Source of the DNA: Gammaproteobacteria bacterium
GTDB taxonomy: Bacteria; Pseudomonadota; Gammaproteobacteria; Natronospirales; REEB76
Length of the DNA stretch: 64,000 nt
NCBI GenBank assembly: GCA_036263155.1
Contig: DATAHN010000130.1
Location: 1,649-65,648 of the forward strand
Reading direction: 5' to 3'
In this document: piece by piece, positions 19,035 through 29,174 of the stretch
Numbering within the stretch: the stretch's first letter is position 1
How the letters are laid out: each line of letters begins with the position of its first letter
Made by a program: the position numbers and the translations under genes
The notes under the pieces: generated by a model
Seen by the model: only the letters and a program-made list of their open reading frames with translations
The model's database searches: none
Told to the model about the DNA's origin: nothing

Positions 19035-20386
19035 TCCCCAGCGATGGTCATTTCCGCCACCAGGATGGAGCCGGTGCGGATGCCGCCGCGCAGGTCCACA
19101 TCTTTGCCGATGGCGGCGATGCCAAGGAAGATATCCTTGAGGTTGCCGGCGATGGTGACCTCCTCCACCGGATAGACGGGCACGCCGCCCTCCACCCAGA
19201 AGCCGGAGGCACCGCGGGAGTAATCGCCGGTCACACCGTTCACGCCCTGGCCCAGGAGTTCGGTGACCACCAGACCCGTGCCCATCTCCTTCAAGAGGCC
19301 CGCGTAGTCCAGCGGGCCCGGCGCCACGATGAGGTTGCGCACGCCGCCGGCGTGGCCGGTGGTGGTGCGCTTGAGCTTGCGGGCCGCATAGCTGTCCAGG
19401 AGGTAGGTGGTGGCGACGCCCCTGTCCACGATCTCCTTGTCGGTGGTGGCGACGCCTTCCGAGTCGAACGCGGCGCTGGCGAGCGCGCCCTTGATGCGCG
19501 GCCGCTCCGAGAGCTGCACGAACCCGGGGAACACCTGGGTGCCCTCCCGGTCGAGCAGGAACGAGGAGCGGCGGTACTGGGCACCGCCGCGCATGGCGGC
19601 GAGGAAGTGGCCGATGAGGCCCCGTGCCAGCTCCGGCACGTACAGTACCGGTGCCTTACGGGTGCTGATGCGCCGCGCGCCCAAGCGCGCCACCGTGCGC
19701 TCCGCTGCGCGGCGGCCCACCGCCTCGGCGGACTCCAGGTCCTTCACGTCGCGCGCCATGGTGTACCAGTAGTCGCGCTGCATGCTGTCGCCGGCCTTGC
19801 CTATCACCGAGCAGGTGAGACTGTGGCTGGTGCTGGGATAACCGCCGCTGAAGCCGTGGCTGTTGGCGTATACGCGCAGGCCGCGGTGGCTGGTGACCGT
19901 GGCGCCCTCGGAATTCTCGATGCGCGGGTCGTAAGCGCGGGCCGCCTCCTCGCAGCGGGTCGCCATGTCGATGACCGCGTCCGGCGCCGGGTCCCAGGGA
20001 TGGTCGAGGTCCAGGTCCGGCAAGTCCCGCGCCATGAGCGCGGCGTCGGCGAGGCCGGCACAGTCATCCTCAGCCGTATAGCGGGCGATACTGCAGGCGG
20101 CGCGTACGGTCTCGCGCAGCGCCTCGGGTCCGAGGTCGCCGGTGCTGGCCGAGCCCTTGCGGGTGCCGAAATAGACGGTGAGCCCCAAGCCGCGGTCGCG
20201 CTGGTGCTCCACGGTCTCCACCTCGCCGAGGCGCACCGTGAGGTTCAGCCCCGATTCCACGCTCACGCCCGCCTCCACCTGGCTGGCGCCCTGGGCGCGG
20301 GCCTCCCGCAGCACGTCCTCCAGCATCTGCTGCAAGCCGGCCTGGTTCAGCTCCGGTGTATCATTGGCATCCGCCCGCACCGCCAC
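19031..20386 (-). CDS. pmbA: metalloprotease PmbA (TldE)
   Basis: 451 aa of the PmbA/TldD family. It is divergent from yjgA, as in E. coli. Confidence 0.88.
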   Translation of the reverse strand: MAVRADANDTPELNQAGLQQMLEDVLREARAQGASQVEAGVSVESGLNLTVRLGEVETVEHQRDRGLGLTVYFGTRKGSASTGDLGPEALRETVRAACSIARYTAEDDCAGLADAALMARDLPDLDLDHPWDPAPDAVIDMATRCEEAARAYDPRIENSEGATVTSHRGLRVYANSHGFSGGYPSTSHSLTCSVIGKAGDSMQRDYWYTMARDVKDLESAEAVGRRAAERTVARLGARRISTRKAPVLYVPELARGLIGHFLAAMRGGAQYRRSSFLLDREGTQVFPGFVQLSERPRIKGALASAAFDSEGVATTDKEIVDRGVATTYLLDSYAARKLKRTTTGHAGGVRNLIVAPGPLDYAGLLKEMGTGLVVTELLGQGVNGVTGDYSRGASGFWVEGGVPVYPVEEVTIAGNLKDIFLGIAAIGKDVDLRGGIRTGSILVAEMTIAGE

Positions 20387-20425
20387 TCCTTAAACGATCC
20401 GGACCGCCCGGACGGCCATTCTACT

Positions 20426-20935
20426 ATGCAAGACCACGACGACAGCGACGAATACCTGGTCGAACGTCCCAACAAGTCGCAGCTCAAGCGCGAGATGCAG
20501 GAGCTGCAGGACCTGGGCGTGGAATTGGTCAAATTGCCCGCCGAGAAGCTCGCGGAGCTGGACCTGCCGGAGAAGCTCGTGGACGCCATCGAGCTCGCGC
20601 GCCGCATCACCAGCCACGGCGCCCAGAAGCGCCAGCGCCAGTACATCGGCGGCCTGCTGGCCAAGCTGGACGATGTGAAGCCCATCCGCGACCTGCTGGA
20701 GAGGCAGCAGGGCGCGGACAAGGTGTCCAAGGCCCGCTTCCAGGAGAACGAGCGCTGGCGCGAGCGGCTCATCAACGAGGGCGACGGGGCCCTGGCGGAG
20801 TTCCTGGAGCGCCACCCGGAGGCGGACCGCCAGCACCTGCGCCGGCTGGTGCGCGAGGCGGCCCAGGAGGCCGCCGCCGGCCGGCCGCCGCGCCATGCGC
20901 GGGAGCTGTTCCGCTACCTGCAGACCCTCGCCTGA
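20426..20935 (+). CDS. yjgA: ribosome-associated protein YjgA (DUF615)
   Basis: In-frame ATG at 20426 (MQDHDDSDEYLVERPNKSQLKREMQELQ), a highly charged 169-aa protein. It shows the conserved divergent pairing with pmbA. Confidence 0.8.
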   Translation: MQDHDDSDEYLVERPNKSQLKREMQELQDLGVELVKLPAEKLAELDLPEKLVDAIELARRITSHGAQKRQRQYIGGLLAKLDDVKPIRDLLERQQGADKVSKARFQENERWRERLINEGDGALAEFLERHPEADRQHLRRLVREAAQEAAAGRPPRHARELFRYLQTLA

Positions 20936-20972
20936 GGTCCACCGACGGGTTTATGCCACGGCGGCATGCGGG

Positions 20973-20978
20973 TAAAAT
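20973..20978 (+). promoter_or_regulatory. candidate -10 element (TAAAAT) ending 7 nt before the A of the purE ATG
   Basis: TAAAAT at 20973-20978, with the purE ATG at 20985 and no Shine-Dalgarno in between. There is only a weak -35-like TTTATG, 17 nt upstream. Confidence 0.35.
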
Positions 20979-20984
20979 ACGTAG

Positions 20985-21497
20985 ATGGGGACATCCAAAA
21001 AAGCCGCGAAGCCATTGGTCGGCGTGATCATGGGCTCCAAGTCCGACTGGGAGACGCTCGAGCACGCGGCCAACTGCCTGGACCTGCTCGGGATCCCGTT
21101 CGAGACCCGGGTGGTCTCGGCGCACCGCACCCCTGACCTGCTCTTCAAGTACGCCGCCTCTGCCGAGCGGCGCGGCATCAAGGTCATCATCGCCGGCGCC
21201 GGCGGCGCGGCGCACCTGCCGGGCATGACTGCCGCCAAGACCTCACTACCGGTACTCGGCGTGCCGGTGGAGAGCAAGACGCTGCAGGGCATCGACTCCC
21301 TGCTCTCCATCGCGCAGATGCCCGCAGGCATCCCGGTGGGGACGCTGGCCATCGGCAAGGCCGGCGCCAGCAACGCAGCGCTGCTCGCCGCTGCGATCCT
21401 CGCCACCCATTCAGCCCCCATCAAGAAGCGCCTGGAGAAGTTCCGCCGCGAGCAGACCCGCAAGGTGCTCGCGCACCCGGATCCCTCCCGCAAGTAA
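20985..21497 (+). CDS. purE: N5-carboxyaminoimidazole ribonucleotide mutase
   Basis: 170 aa, nearly collinear with E. coli PurE ([31 protein letters not shown]). Confidence 0.95.
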   Translation: MGTSKKAAKPLVGVIMGSKSDWETLEHAANCLDLLGIPFETRVVSAHRTPDLLFKYAASAERRGIKVIIAGAGGAAHLPGMTAAKTSLPVLGVPVESKTLQGIDSLLSIAQMPAGIPVGTLAIGKAGASNAALLAAAILATHSAPIKKRLEKFRREQTRKVLAHPDPSRK

Positions 21498-21503
21498 TCC
21501 GCC

Positions 21504-22601
21504 ATGGCCACCGGCATCAAAACTATCGGCGTGGTAGGCGCAGGCCAATTGGGGCGCATGCTCGCCCTCGCGGGCTACCGCCTGGGCTTGAAGTTCCTGT
21601 TCCTGGACAAGAGCGCTGACGCGCCCGGCGGGCAGATCGGCGACATCATCCTGGGCGAGTTCAGCGATCCCGCCAAGGTAGCGGAGCTCGCCTCCAGGGT
21701 GGACCTCCTCACCTACGACGTGGAGAACGTGCCGGTGGAGGCGCTGGCGCGCATCCCCGCGGGCAAGCCCTTCCTGCCGCCCAAGGCGGCGCTCGCCGCG
21801 GGCCAGGACCGCCTGAGCGAGAAGACGCTCTTCAACGAGCTCAAGATCCCCACCACGAAGTTCCGCGCGGTGGAGTCCATGGCAGACATGGAGGAAGCCA
21901 TCCACGCCATCGGCTACCCGGCGGTGCTCAAGACCCGCAAGCTTGGCTACGACGGCCGCGGCCAGCGGGTGATCCGCAGCCCCGCCGAGCTCGGCTCCGC
22001 GTTCAACGCCCTGTGCGGCGTGCCGCTGATCCTGGAGGAGTTCATCCCCTTCGAGCGGGAGGTGTCCCTGATCGGCGTGCGCAACACCAAGGGCGAGACC
22101 GCATTCTACCCGCTCGCCGAGAACACCCACCGCGAAGGCATCCTGCGCCTCTCGGTCGCGCCGTACCCTGACAGGAAGCTGCAGGTCCAGGCCCAGAAGC
22201 ACATGAAGAAGCTGCTGGAGAAGTTCGACTACGCCGGCGTGCTCACCATCGAGTTCTTCGTGAGGAAGGGCAAGCTCATCGCCAACGAGACCGCGCCCAG
22301 GGTGCACAACTCGGGCCACTGGACCATCGAGGGTGCAGTCACCGGCCAGTTCGAGAACCACATGCGCGCGATCCTGGGATTGCCCCTCGGCGAGACCTGG
22401 GCCATCGGCTACTCCGCCATGATCAACTTCATCGGCACCATGCCGACCCGCGAGGAAGTGCTGTCCATCCCCGGCGCCCATTATCACGACTACGGCAAGG
22501 AACCGCGCCCGGGCCGCAAGCTCGGCCACGCCACGTTGGTGTGCAAGACGCGGAAAGAACTGCTGGCTAGACTGAAGAAGTTCCCGGGATTGGACCGCTG
22601 A
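21504..22601 (+). CDS. purK: N5-carboxyaminoimidazole ribonucleotide synthase
   Basis: 365 aa with the ATP-grasp fold, immediately downstream of purE. Confidence 0.92.
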   Translation: MATGIKTIGVVGAGQLGRMLALAGYRLGLKFLFLDKSADAPGGQIGDIILGEFSDPAKVAELASRVDLLTYDVENVPVEALARIPAGKPFLPPKAALAAGQDRLSEKTLFNELKIPTTKFRAVESMADMEEAIHAIGYPAVLKTRKLGYDGRGQRVIRSPAELGSAFNALCGVPLILEEFIPFEREVSLIGVRNTKGETAFYPLAENTHREGILRLSVAPYPDRKLQVQAQKHMKKLLEKFDYAGVLTIEFFVRKGKLIANETAPRVHNSGHWTIEGAVTGQFENHMRAILGLPLGETWAIGYSAMINFIGTMPTREEVLSIPGAHYHDYGKEPRPGRKLGHATLVCKTRKELLARLKKFPGLDR

Positions 22602-24041
22602 TCAACCGGTCCCGCCGACCGTAATTCCATCTATCCTCAACGTCGGCTGTCCGACCCCCACCGGCACGCTCTGGCCTTCCTTGCCGCAGGTGCCCACACC
22701 TTCATCGAGTTTCAGGTCGTTGCCCACCATGCTCACGCGGGTGAGTGCGTCCGCGCCGTTGCCGATGAGCGTGGCGCCCCGCACCGGCCGGCCGACCTTG
22801 CCGTCCTCGATGAGGTAGGCCTCGCTCATGGAGAACACGAACTTGCCGCTGGTGATGTCCACCTGGCCGCCGCCGAAGTTCACCGCGTAGATGCCCTTCT
22901 TGACGGACCTGATGACCTCCTGCGGGTCGTGGGGGCCGGGCAGCATGTAGGTGTTGGTCATGCGCGGCATGGGCAGGTGCGCGAAGGACTCGCGCCGGCC
23001 GTTGCCGGTGGGAGCGACGCCCATGAGCCTGGCGTTCAGCTTGTCCTGCATGTATCCCTTCAATATCCCTTTCTCTATCAGCGTGGTGCACTGGGTCGGC
23101 GTGCCTTCATCATCCACATTCAAAGAGCCTCTGCGGTCCTTGAGGGTGCCGTCGTCCACCACCGTGCAGAGCTCGTTCGCCACCTTCTGGCCCAGCTTGC
23201 CCGAGAACGCGGAGGTGCCCTTGCGGTTGAAGTCGCCCTCGAGGCCATGACCGATGGCCTCGTGCAGGAGGATGCCGGGCCAACCGGGACCCAGCACCAC
23301 GGTCATGGTGCCGGCCGGGGCCGGCACCGCCTCCAGGTTCACGAGCGCCTGGCGCACCGCCTCCTTGGCGAGATGGCTTGCGAAGTCCCCTTCCAGGAAC
23401 CGGCCGTAGTCGAAGCGGCCGCCGCCGCCGGCATAACCCTGCTCGCGGCGCCCGTCCTGCTCGACGATCACGCTCACGTTGAAACGCACCAGCGGCCGCA
23501 CGTCCGCCGCCAGGGTGCCGTCGCTGGCCGCCACCAGCACTGTGTCGTGCACGCCGGCGAGGCTCACCATCACCTGCTTCACGCGCGGATCAAGGCGCCG
23601 CGCTTCGGCGTCGATGCGCTCCAAGAGCTTCACCTTGTCCGCGTCCGCCAGGGTCGGGATGGGATCCAAGGGCTTGTACAGGCGCTGCGGCGCGTTAGGC
23701 ACCCAGGCTTTGAGGCCGTTCTGCCCGCCCTGGCGCGCGATGGCGCGGGCCATGTCGGAGGCGCGGGTGAGCGCGGGCAAGAGGATCTCGTCGGAGTAGG
23801 CGAAGCCGGTCTTCTCGCCGGAGAGCGCTCGCACGCCCACGCCCTGCTCGATGCTGTGGCTGCCCTCCTTCACGATGCCGTCCTCCAGGGACCAGGACTC
23901 GTGGCGCGAGAGTTGGAAGTAAAGGTCCGCACTGTCCACCTTGTGGGCCAGGAGCCGGTCCAGCACCTTCGCCACCTTGCCCTCGTCGAGGCCGGTGGGT
24001 TCGAGGAGACTCCGTTCTGCGATCTTCAGCGCGTTTTCCAT
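22602..24041 (-). CDS. tldD: metalloprotease TldD
   Basis: ORF 22602-24674 trimmed to the ATG at 24041 ([15 protein letters not shown]), 479 aa. Has the HEAIGHGLE metal-binding motif. Confidence 0.92.
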   Translation of the reverse strand: MENALKIAERSLLEPTGLDEGKVAKVLDRLLAHKVDSADLYFQLSRHESWSLEDGIVKEGSHSIEQGVGVRALSGEKTGFAYSDEILLPALTRASDMARAIARQGGQNGLKAWVPNAPQRLYKPLDPIPTLADADKVKLLERIDAEARRLDPRVKQVMVSLAGVHDTVLVAASDGTLAADVRPLVRFNVSVIVEQDGRREQGYAGGGGRFDYGRFLEGDFASHLAKEAVRQALVNLEAVPAPAGTMTVVLGPGWPGILLHEAIGHGLEGDFNRKGTSAFSGKLGQKVANELCTVVDDGTLKDRRGSLNVDDEGTPTQCTTLIEKGILKGYMQDKLNARLMGVAPTGNGRRESFAHLPMPRMTNTYMLPGPHDPQEVIRSVKKGIYAVNFGGGQVDITSGKFVFSMSEAYLIEDGKVGRPVRGATLIGNGADALTRVSMVGNDLKLDEGVGTCGKEGQSVPVGVGQPTLRIDGITVGGTG

Positions 24042-24100
24042 GAGGTGCTTACCGGTGAATGTGCTGGGCGTGACATGAATCTGGGGTCGAAGCGTCCATC

Positions 24101-24907
24101 TTACAACCTGCGGTGGGCCAGGGCAGGGAAGCGGGCGCGCAGCCGCTGCTGCTGTGCCGGGTCGAACGCGGCGGTGACGATGCCGGGCTCCGCGTCGCGC
24201 CGCTCCGCCAGCACCTCGCCCCAGGCGTCCACCACCATGCTGCGGCCCCAGGTGTCGCGCCCGTTGGCGTGGTGCCCGCCCTGGGCCGCGGCCACCAGGC
24301 AGCTCAGGTTCTCCACCGCGCGCGCCCGCACCAACATCTCCCAGTGGCGCTCGCCGGTAGTGCGGGTGAAGGCCGAGGGCACGGCGAACAGGTCCGCCTC
24401 CTGAGCCGCCAGCGCACGGAACAGCTCCGGGAAGCGCAGGTCGTAGCACACCGCGAGGCCGAGCCGGCCGAAAGGCGTGAGCACGGTGACAGGCTTCCCG
24501 CCCGCCTCGGTGCGGGCCGACTCGTGGTAGCTCTCGGCGCCGCCCACCTGCACGTCGAACATGTGGATCTTGTCGTAGTGCGCCACGCGCCGGCCGGCGG
24601 CGTTGTACACCGGGCAGCGGGCGAACACCTTCTCGCGGGAGAACAGCACCGGCACGGTGCCGCCCACGATCCACACCTTGAGTGTCTGGGCCTTCTCCGC
24701 CAGGAAGTCCTGGATGCGACCGCTGCCGTCCACCTCGCCGGCCGCGACGCGCTCTGCATCGTCCCGCGCCATGAGCGCGAAGTTCTCCGGCAGCACGATG
24801 AGTCCGGCGCCCTGGGCGGCGGCCTTGGCCATGAGCTTGCCCGCCTCACGGAGGTTCACGGTCACGTCGGTGCCGGAGGTCATCTGCACCGCGGCGAGCT
24901 TGTGCAT
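24101..24907 (-). CDS. carbon-nitrogen hydrolase (nitrilase superfamily)
   Basis: Trimmed to the ATG at 24907 ([12 protein letters not shown]), 268 aa. Has LPENF and a catalytic Cys context ([11 protein letters not shown]). It lies between yhdP and tldD, as in Pseudomonas. Confidence 0.85.
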   Translation of the reverse strand: MHKLAAVQMTSGTDVTVNLREAGKLMAKAAAQGAGLIVLPENFALMARDDAERVAAGEVDGSGRIQDFLAEKAQTLKVWIVGGTVPVLFSREKVFARCPVYNAAGRRVAHYDKIHMFDVQVGGAESYHESARTEAGGKPVTVLTPFGRLGLAVCYDLRFPELFRALAAQEADLFAVPSAFTRTTGERHWEMLVRARAVENLSCLVAAAQGGHHANGRDTWGRSMVVDAWGEVLAERRDAEPGIVTAAFDPAQQQRLRARFPALAHRRL

Positions 24908-25239
24908 CAGTGCTCCACCCTGAGCGCCACCGCGTCGTCCGGCTGGTCGGCGCTGGCGCGCTTGCCGATGTGGTCTGCCGGCACGCCCAAGGCCACCAGC
25001 CAGTCCTGGAGCTCGTCGGCCCACAGGTTGCCGGTGTCGCTGGCGGCGTGCTGGATCACGATGTGCGCCTCCCGGTCACCTAACCAGTCCGCCACCGCCT
25101 CGCGCACGGGGTCCAGGCGCACCAGCGCCGCGCCGCTGCGCTGCAGGGCCCACTGGTCGGCGCTGACGGTGAACACGTCTGCATCGGCGCAGGCGGCCTG
25201 CGCGGCCAGGCAGAGGATGAAAGCGAGGAGAGATCTCAT
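24907..25239 (-). CDS. hypothetical small exported protein
   Basis: 110 aa with a signal peptide (LAFILCLAAQAACA). Its start overlaps the yhdP stop (ATGA) and its stop overlaps the nitrilase start (TGATG). I recognise no family. Confidence 0.55.
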   Translation of the reverse strand: MRSLLAFILCLAAQAACADADVFTVSADQWALQRSGAALVRLDPVREAVADWLGDREAHIVIQHAASDTGNLWADELQDWLVALGVPADHIGKRASADQPDDAVALRVEH

Positions 25240-28200
25240 GGCTTGCGGGTGCTGGCGGCGGGTGCCGTGTCCGGGACCTTGGTGAGGCTGGGATTATCCC
25301 ACGTCCCGGTGAGGTGATAGCGCACCTGCCCGGCCTTGGCCAGGGGCTTCTTGAAGACCTCCGTGAGCAGGAACACCACCGCGCCCACGCCCACGCCGCC
25401 CGCGAGCGCGCCCACCACCGGCAGGGTCGAGCCGACGCTGGCGTCCACGATCAACGCCTCGTCGAAGTCATGCTTGGCGAGGCCGGTGCGGCCCACGAGG
25501 TGGATGCTCGCGGCCGGCCCCTTCATCACCAGGTTCTGGGTGTAGGCGTCGCCGTCCTGCAACATGAAGTCCCCCTCCACGCTGTCGAAGCCGAAGCCCT
25601 TGGCGAACACGTCGCTGAAGTTGAGCAGGAGCCGCCGCGGCAGCGCGTTGAGGCTCAACAGGCCGAACACGCGGCCCGCGCCCGGCTGCACCTCCTTGAG
25701 CTGGCCGTCCACCAGCTTGGCGTGGATGCTGCCCGCCAGGGTGCGGGTCACGTCCCCGAAGGGGCCGTCCTGCCAGTTGAGGGAAGCCACCAGGCTGCCG
25801 TGGTCCGCGGCGATGCCGGCGTCGTAGCCCAGGCCCCGCAGCGTCTGCTCGACGTCGCTGCTCTCCACGTCGGCGTTAAGAGTGGTGTGCTGCTGTCCCG
25901 AGGGCATGACGATCCAGTTGCCGTCGCCGGTGACGGTGAAGCTCGGTGCCGCGGCCTTGAAATCCTGCAAGGCGGTGCCATTGGGCAGCGGCACCAGCGC
26001 GAGGCTGGCGCTGTCCAGCATCAGGTCGCCGTACTGGAAGCGCTTGCTGGTAAAGCGCAGCGCCGGCAGCTTGCGCGGATCGTAGCCGGGTTCAGGCGAG
26101 GCGGATTTCGCGGCATCCTCGCTCGTGGGCAGCTTGGCCAAGCTCACCCGGTCCATGTCGAGCTGGATGGGATGGGTCTTGTCCACCTGCACCGGCACGC
26201 GGAAGGCACCCGCCACCGCCGCGCTCTCCACCCGCCCCTGCCAGCCCTCGTCGCCGCGGCTCATGACGAGGCGCACCTCGTCCAGCATCTGGCCGAAGGC
26301 CTTGATGCGTCCCACCTTGAGATCCGTTCCCAGGAGCAGCGCCGGCACCACCTGCCCCTGCAGCGAGGGTGCTGCATCCTCGCGGCCCTTCTCCGGCTCG
26401 GGCAGCCAGGGCTTCCATTCATCCCAGTCGAAGCTCGGCAGGTAACCCGTGACCTTGAGGCCCGCTGCCGCAGGCTTGGCCGGGTTGCCAGCGCCCAGGT
26501 GCAGGTCACCCCGGTCGAACGCAAGGGAGCCGTGGCTGGGCGCGTAATCCAGGCGCAGTCCCATGAGGTTGCCGTAGTTGCCGCTGAAGGCGAGATCATC
26601 GGGATTGTCGAATCTCATCGCCACCCGCAGCGGCGCGGCGGCATCGGCCGTCTTGCTAAAGGGTGCCGGCAGCTTCACCGTGAGGCCACGCAAGTCCGAG
26701 CGCAGGGTGAGGCTGAGTTTGCTTGCGCCGAGACCGGACTGCAGCGGCAGCCGCCCGTCCAGCTGCCAGTCGGCCTGACCCTCCAGCCAGCGTTCCGAGG
26801 CGTAACCCATGAGCGCCGCCAGGGCCGGCGCGCTGGCGGTGCCATGGGCGCTCAGCGGGCTGAGACCCTTCCCGCGCGGCCGCCGGATGTCCACCGTGAG
26901 CGGGCCGCCCAGGAGCGTGCCGTGCACCCCCTGCATCGAGAATCCGTAGTTGCCGAAATCCACCGTGCCTTCCAGGTGCTCGGCAGTGAGCACCGGGGTG
27001 GCCGTGAGGCCCGCGCTCGCCTGATGCAGCCCGACCTTGCCTTCCAGGCGGTACTCCTCCAGCTTGGTCAGCGGAAGGTAGATGTGCACCGATGCATCGA
27101 TGTCACCCTTGGCGGACAGGCCATCCAGGTAACCCTCCAGCGTGTCCTTGAGCGGTCCCGTGCGCAGGAAGTCGAGGCCCTGGGAAGCGTCGCCGTGGGC
27201 AGCACCGTCCACCTCCAGCACGCCGCTGGCCAGTTCCTTGAACTGCGCGGTGCCGCCGGTGATGCTGAGGCCGTTGTAGCTGCCGCGCGTGACCTTGGCA
27301 GTGAGGCCCTGGTCCAGGAAGCGCACGTCTGCGTCGAAATCCTTCACCGCGGGCCAGCCGGGCTGGTAGTCCAGCTCGCCGTGCTGCAGGTGGAACTGGA
27401 TGTCGAAGGTGCCGCCCTTGCCGTCGCGGTAAGGGAAGTCGGAGGTCTTGCCGTGGATCGCGACGGTGCCGGAGGTCACCTTGCCGGCCTTTATGGAAGC
27501 GTCGAGCCACTGCACCACCGGCTTGGGCATGATGCCCACCGGGAAATATGCGGACTTGTTGCGGGCATCGCCCCGCTCCACGGTGGCATCGATATCCAGC
27601 GTGGGCGCCGAGCCGTCCGCCGGGAAACCCATGGCGGCGCGCCCGTGGACGGCGCCGTCCAGATTCTCCACGTGGAAGGTATCGGCCGCCACGCGCCAGC
27701 CGGATGAATCGTGGATCACCTTGGCGATCAGATCAGCCGATCCGGCGTGCAGTGGCGTGCGGAACAGCGGCCGGAAATCCAAGTCCGCGTCGCGCGCCGC
27801 GAGGCGTGCATCGCCCCCCCGGTCGGAGAGATCGAGCTTGCCATCCATGCCGGCAAAGCCCGGCCAGCCTTCCGCCGCGTGCAGGCCCAGGTCCTGGAAG
27901 CCCGCCTTCACGGACCACTCGGGGAATTCCGTGCCATCCTTGCGCAGCTTGAAGCTCAAGGCGGTGACCTCGCCCGAGGGCGAGAAGGCATGCAGGCGGC
28001 GGCGGTAATCGTCCGGCCGGGAACCTTGCGGCGCCTCGATCCAGCCCGCCAGCGCCACGATGTCCTGCAGGCGCAGGAAGTCCGCGTCGCCGGCCCAGCG
28101 CTCGCCATCGGCGCCCTGCGTGTATTCCAGGTCCAGGTTGCCGCGGGGCCAGGCGGCGCTTCCGTCATCCTGCAGCTCGAGGCGGCGCCCCTCCAGGCGC

Positions 28201-29162
28201 CAGCCTGCGTCCTTGCGCTGCCACTCGATGCGGCCCTGCAGCAGCTTCAGCCTGCCTCCAGCGGAACGTTCAGGTGCGGGCGCGAGGTCATGGGCGTCGA
28301 GTTCCGCCGTGAAACGTTGCATCACGCCCTGCTTGGCGGCGGCGCTCACGTCGAGATCGGCCATGCCGGAGCTGAAGAACTGCTGGTGCTCCGGCAGGTA
28401 GCTCAGCCAGCGGGGCAGCTGCACCTTGCTGGCGGTGAGCTGCGCGTCCCAGTCCCAATCCGCGGGCTCGATGCCGGGCCCGCGAATGCGCAGCTCGAAT
28501 TCGAGCTTGTGGCCGAAGTCCGCGGGCAGTGCCAGGTCACCCTGCAGGCGGTGGTCGTCGGGGCTGCTGTCCACCTTGAGGTTGATGTGCTGGAACAGCG
28601 CCGGCATGGGGTGGCGCGCGTCAAACAGCGTCACCTGGCCGTTCTTCACCGCCACGTCGGCGCTCTGGGCGAAGACCTCCTCGAGGATGCGGCGCCAATC
28701 CACCTGCTGGTTACGGGTACTGCCTTCCAGCCCGCGCACCTGGTAGCTGCCGTCGGCCGCCCGCTCCACCTCGACCCGCGGCGCCACCAGCACCACCCGG
28801 TCCGGACGCGGCAGCCGGCCGTGCACCAGACTGCGCAGGTTGAGGCCAAGCCTCACTTCCTGGGCCGCGGTCACCACCTGCTTGCGGTCGCGACTCAGGA
28901 TGCGCACGCCCTCCAGCGTCACCTCCGGCCCGTGCCAGCCCCACTCGGCGCCCATGGAGTGGATCTCCACCGGGCGCTGCAGCACGTTGCTGGCCCACTG
29001 CTCCACCTGCAGGCGGTAGCCCGGCACCAGCGGCGTGAGCAGCCGGAACAGGCCGGCCACGGTGGCGAGCAGGATCACCAGGGCCGCGAAGGTCCCGGCG
29101 AGCCACTTCCACAGCCGGCGCTTCCAGCTAGCCAAAGGCCACCCCATTGCTCGCAAGGACAC
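25236..29162 (-). CDS. yhdP: YhdP-family (AsmA-like) large envelope protein, putative phospholipid transport
   Basis: 1308 aa with an N-terminal TM anchor, a long beta-rich body and a C-terminal TM region. It sits next to rng, as in E. coli. The start is either GTG at 29162 or ATG at 29147. Confidence 0.85.
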   Translation of the reverse strand: MSLRAMGWPLASWKRRLWKWLAGTFAALVILLATVAGLFRLLTPLVPGYRLQVEQWASNVLQRPVEIHSMGAEWGWHGPEVTLEGVRILSRDRKQVVTAAQEVRLGLNLRSLVHGRLPRPDRVVLVAPRVEVERAADGSYQVRGLEGSTRNQQVDWRRILEEVFAQSADVAVKNGQVTLFDARHPMPALFQHINLKVDSSPDDHRLQGDLALPADFGHKLEFELRIRGPGIEPADWDWDAQLTASKVQLPRWLSYLPEHQQFFSSGMADLDVSAAAKQGVMQRFTAELDAHDLAPAPERSAGGRLKLLQGRIEWQRKDAGWRLEGRRLELQDDGSAAWPRGNLDLEYTQGADGERWAGDADFLRLQDIVALAGWIEAPQGSRPDDYRRRLHAFSPSGEVTALSFKLRKDGTEFPEWSVKAGFQDLGLHAAEGWPGFAGMDGKLDLSDRGGDARLAARDADLDFRPLFRTPLHAGSADLIAKVIHDSSGWRVAADTFHVENLDGAVHGRAAMGFPADGSAPTLDIDATVERGDARNKSAYFPVGIMPKPVVQWLDASIKAGKVTSGTVAIHGKTSDFPYRDGKGGTFDIQFHLQHGELDYQPGWPAVKDFDADVRFLDQGLTAKVTRGSYNGLSITGGTAQFKELASGVLEVDGAAHGDASQGLDFLRTGPLKDTLEGYLDGLSAKGDIDASVHIYLPLTKLEEYRLEGKVGLHQASAGLTATPVLTAEHLEGTVDFGNYGFSMQGVHGTLLGGPLTVDIRRPRGKGLSPLSAHGTASAPALAALMGYASERWLEGQADWQLDGRLPLQSGLGASKLSLTLRSDLRGLTVKLPAPFSKTADAAAPLRVAMRFDNPDDLAFSGNYGNLMGLRLDYAPSHGSLAFDRGDLHLGAGNPAKPAAAGLKVTGYLPSFDWDEWKPWLPEPEKGREDAAPSLQGQVVPALLLGTDLKVGRIKAFGQMLDEVRLVMSRGDEGWQGRVESAAVAGAFRVPVQVDKTHPIQLDMDRVSLAKLPTSEDAAKSASPEPGYDPRKLPALRFTSKRFQYGDLMLDSASLALVPLPNGTALQDFKAAAPSFTVTGDGNWIVMPSGQQHTTLNADVESSDVEQTLRGLGYDAGIAADHGSLVASLNWQDGPFGDVTRTLAGSIHAKLVDGQLKEVQPGAGRVFGLLSLNALPRRLLLNFSDVFAKGFGFDSVEGDFMLQDGDAYTQNLVMKGPAASIHLVGRTGLAKHDFDEALIVDASVGSTLPVVGALAGGVGVGAVVFLLTEVFKKPLAKAGQVRYHLTGTWDNPSLTKVPDTAPAASTRKP

Positions 29163-29174
29163 CTAACGTGGTGA

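Noticed and set aside
25314-27707. 797-aa plus-strand ORF, and similar long ORFs at 27711-29174, 45724-47514, 56069-57871, 57941-59494, 6206-7852, 12729-14219, 37864-39630 and 22929-24404.
   Set aside because: All lie antisense to well-supported conserved genes (yhdP, miaB, the multidomain GT, lpxL/GT1, the RND pump, leuS, tldD). Their translations are low-complexity and rich in Arg, Gly, Ala, His and Gln, which is typical of stop-codon-poor antisense frames in high-GC DNA. I recognised no motif in any of them.
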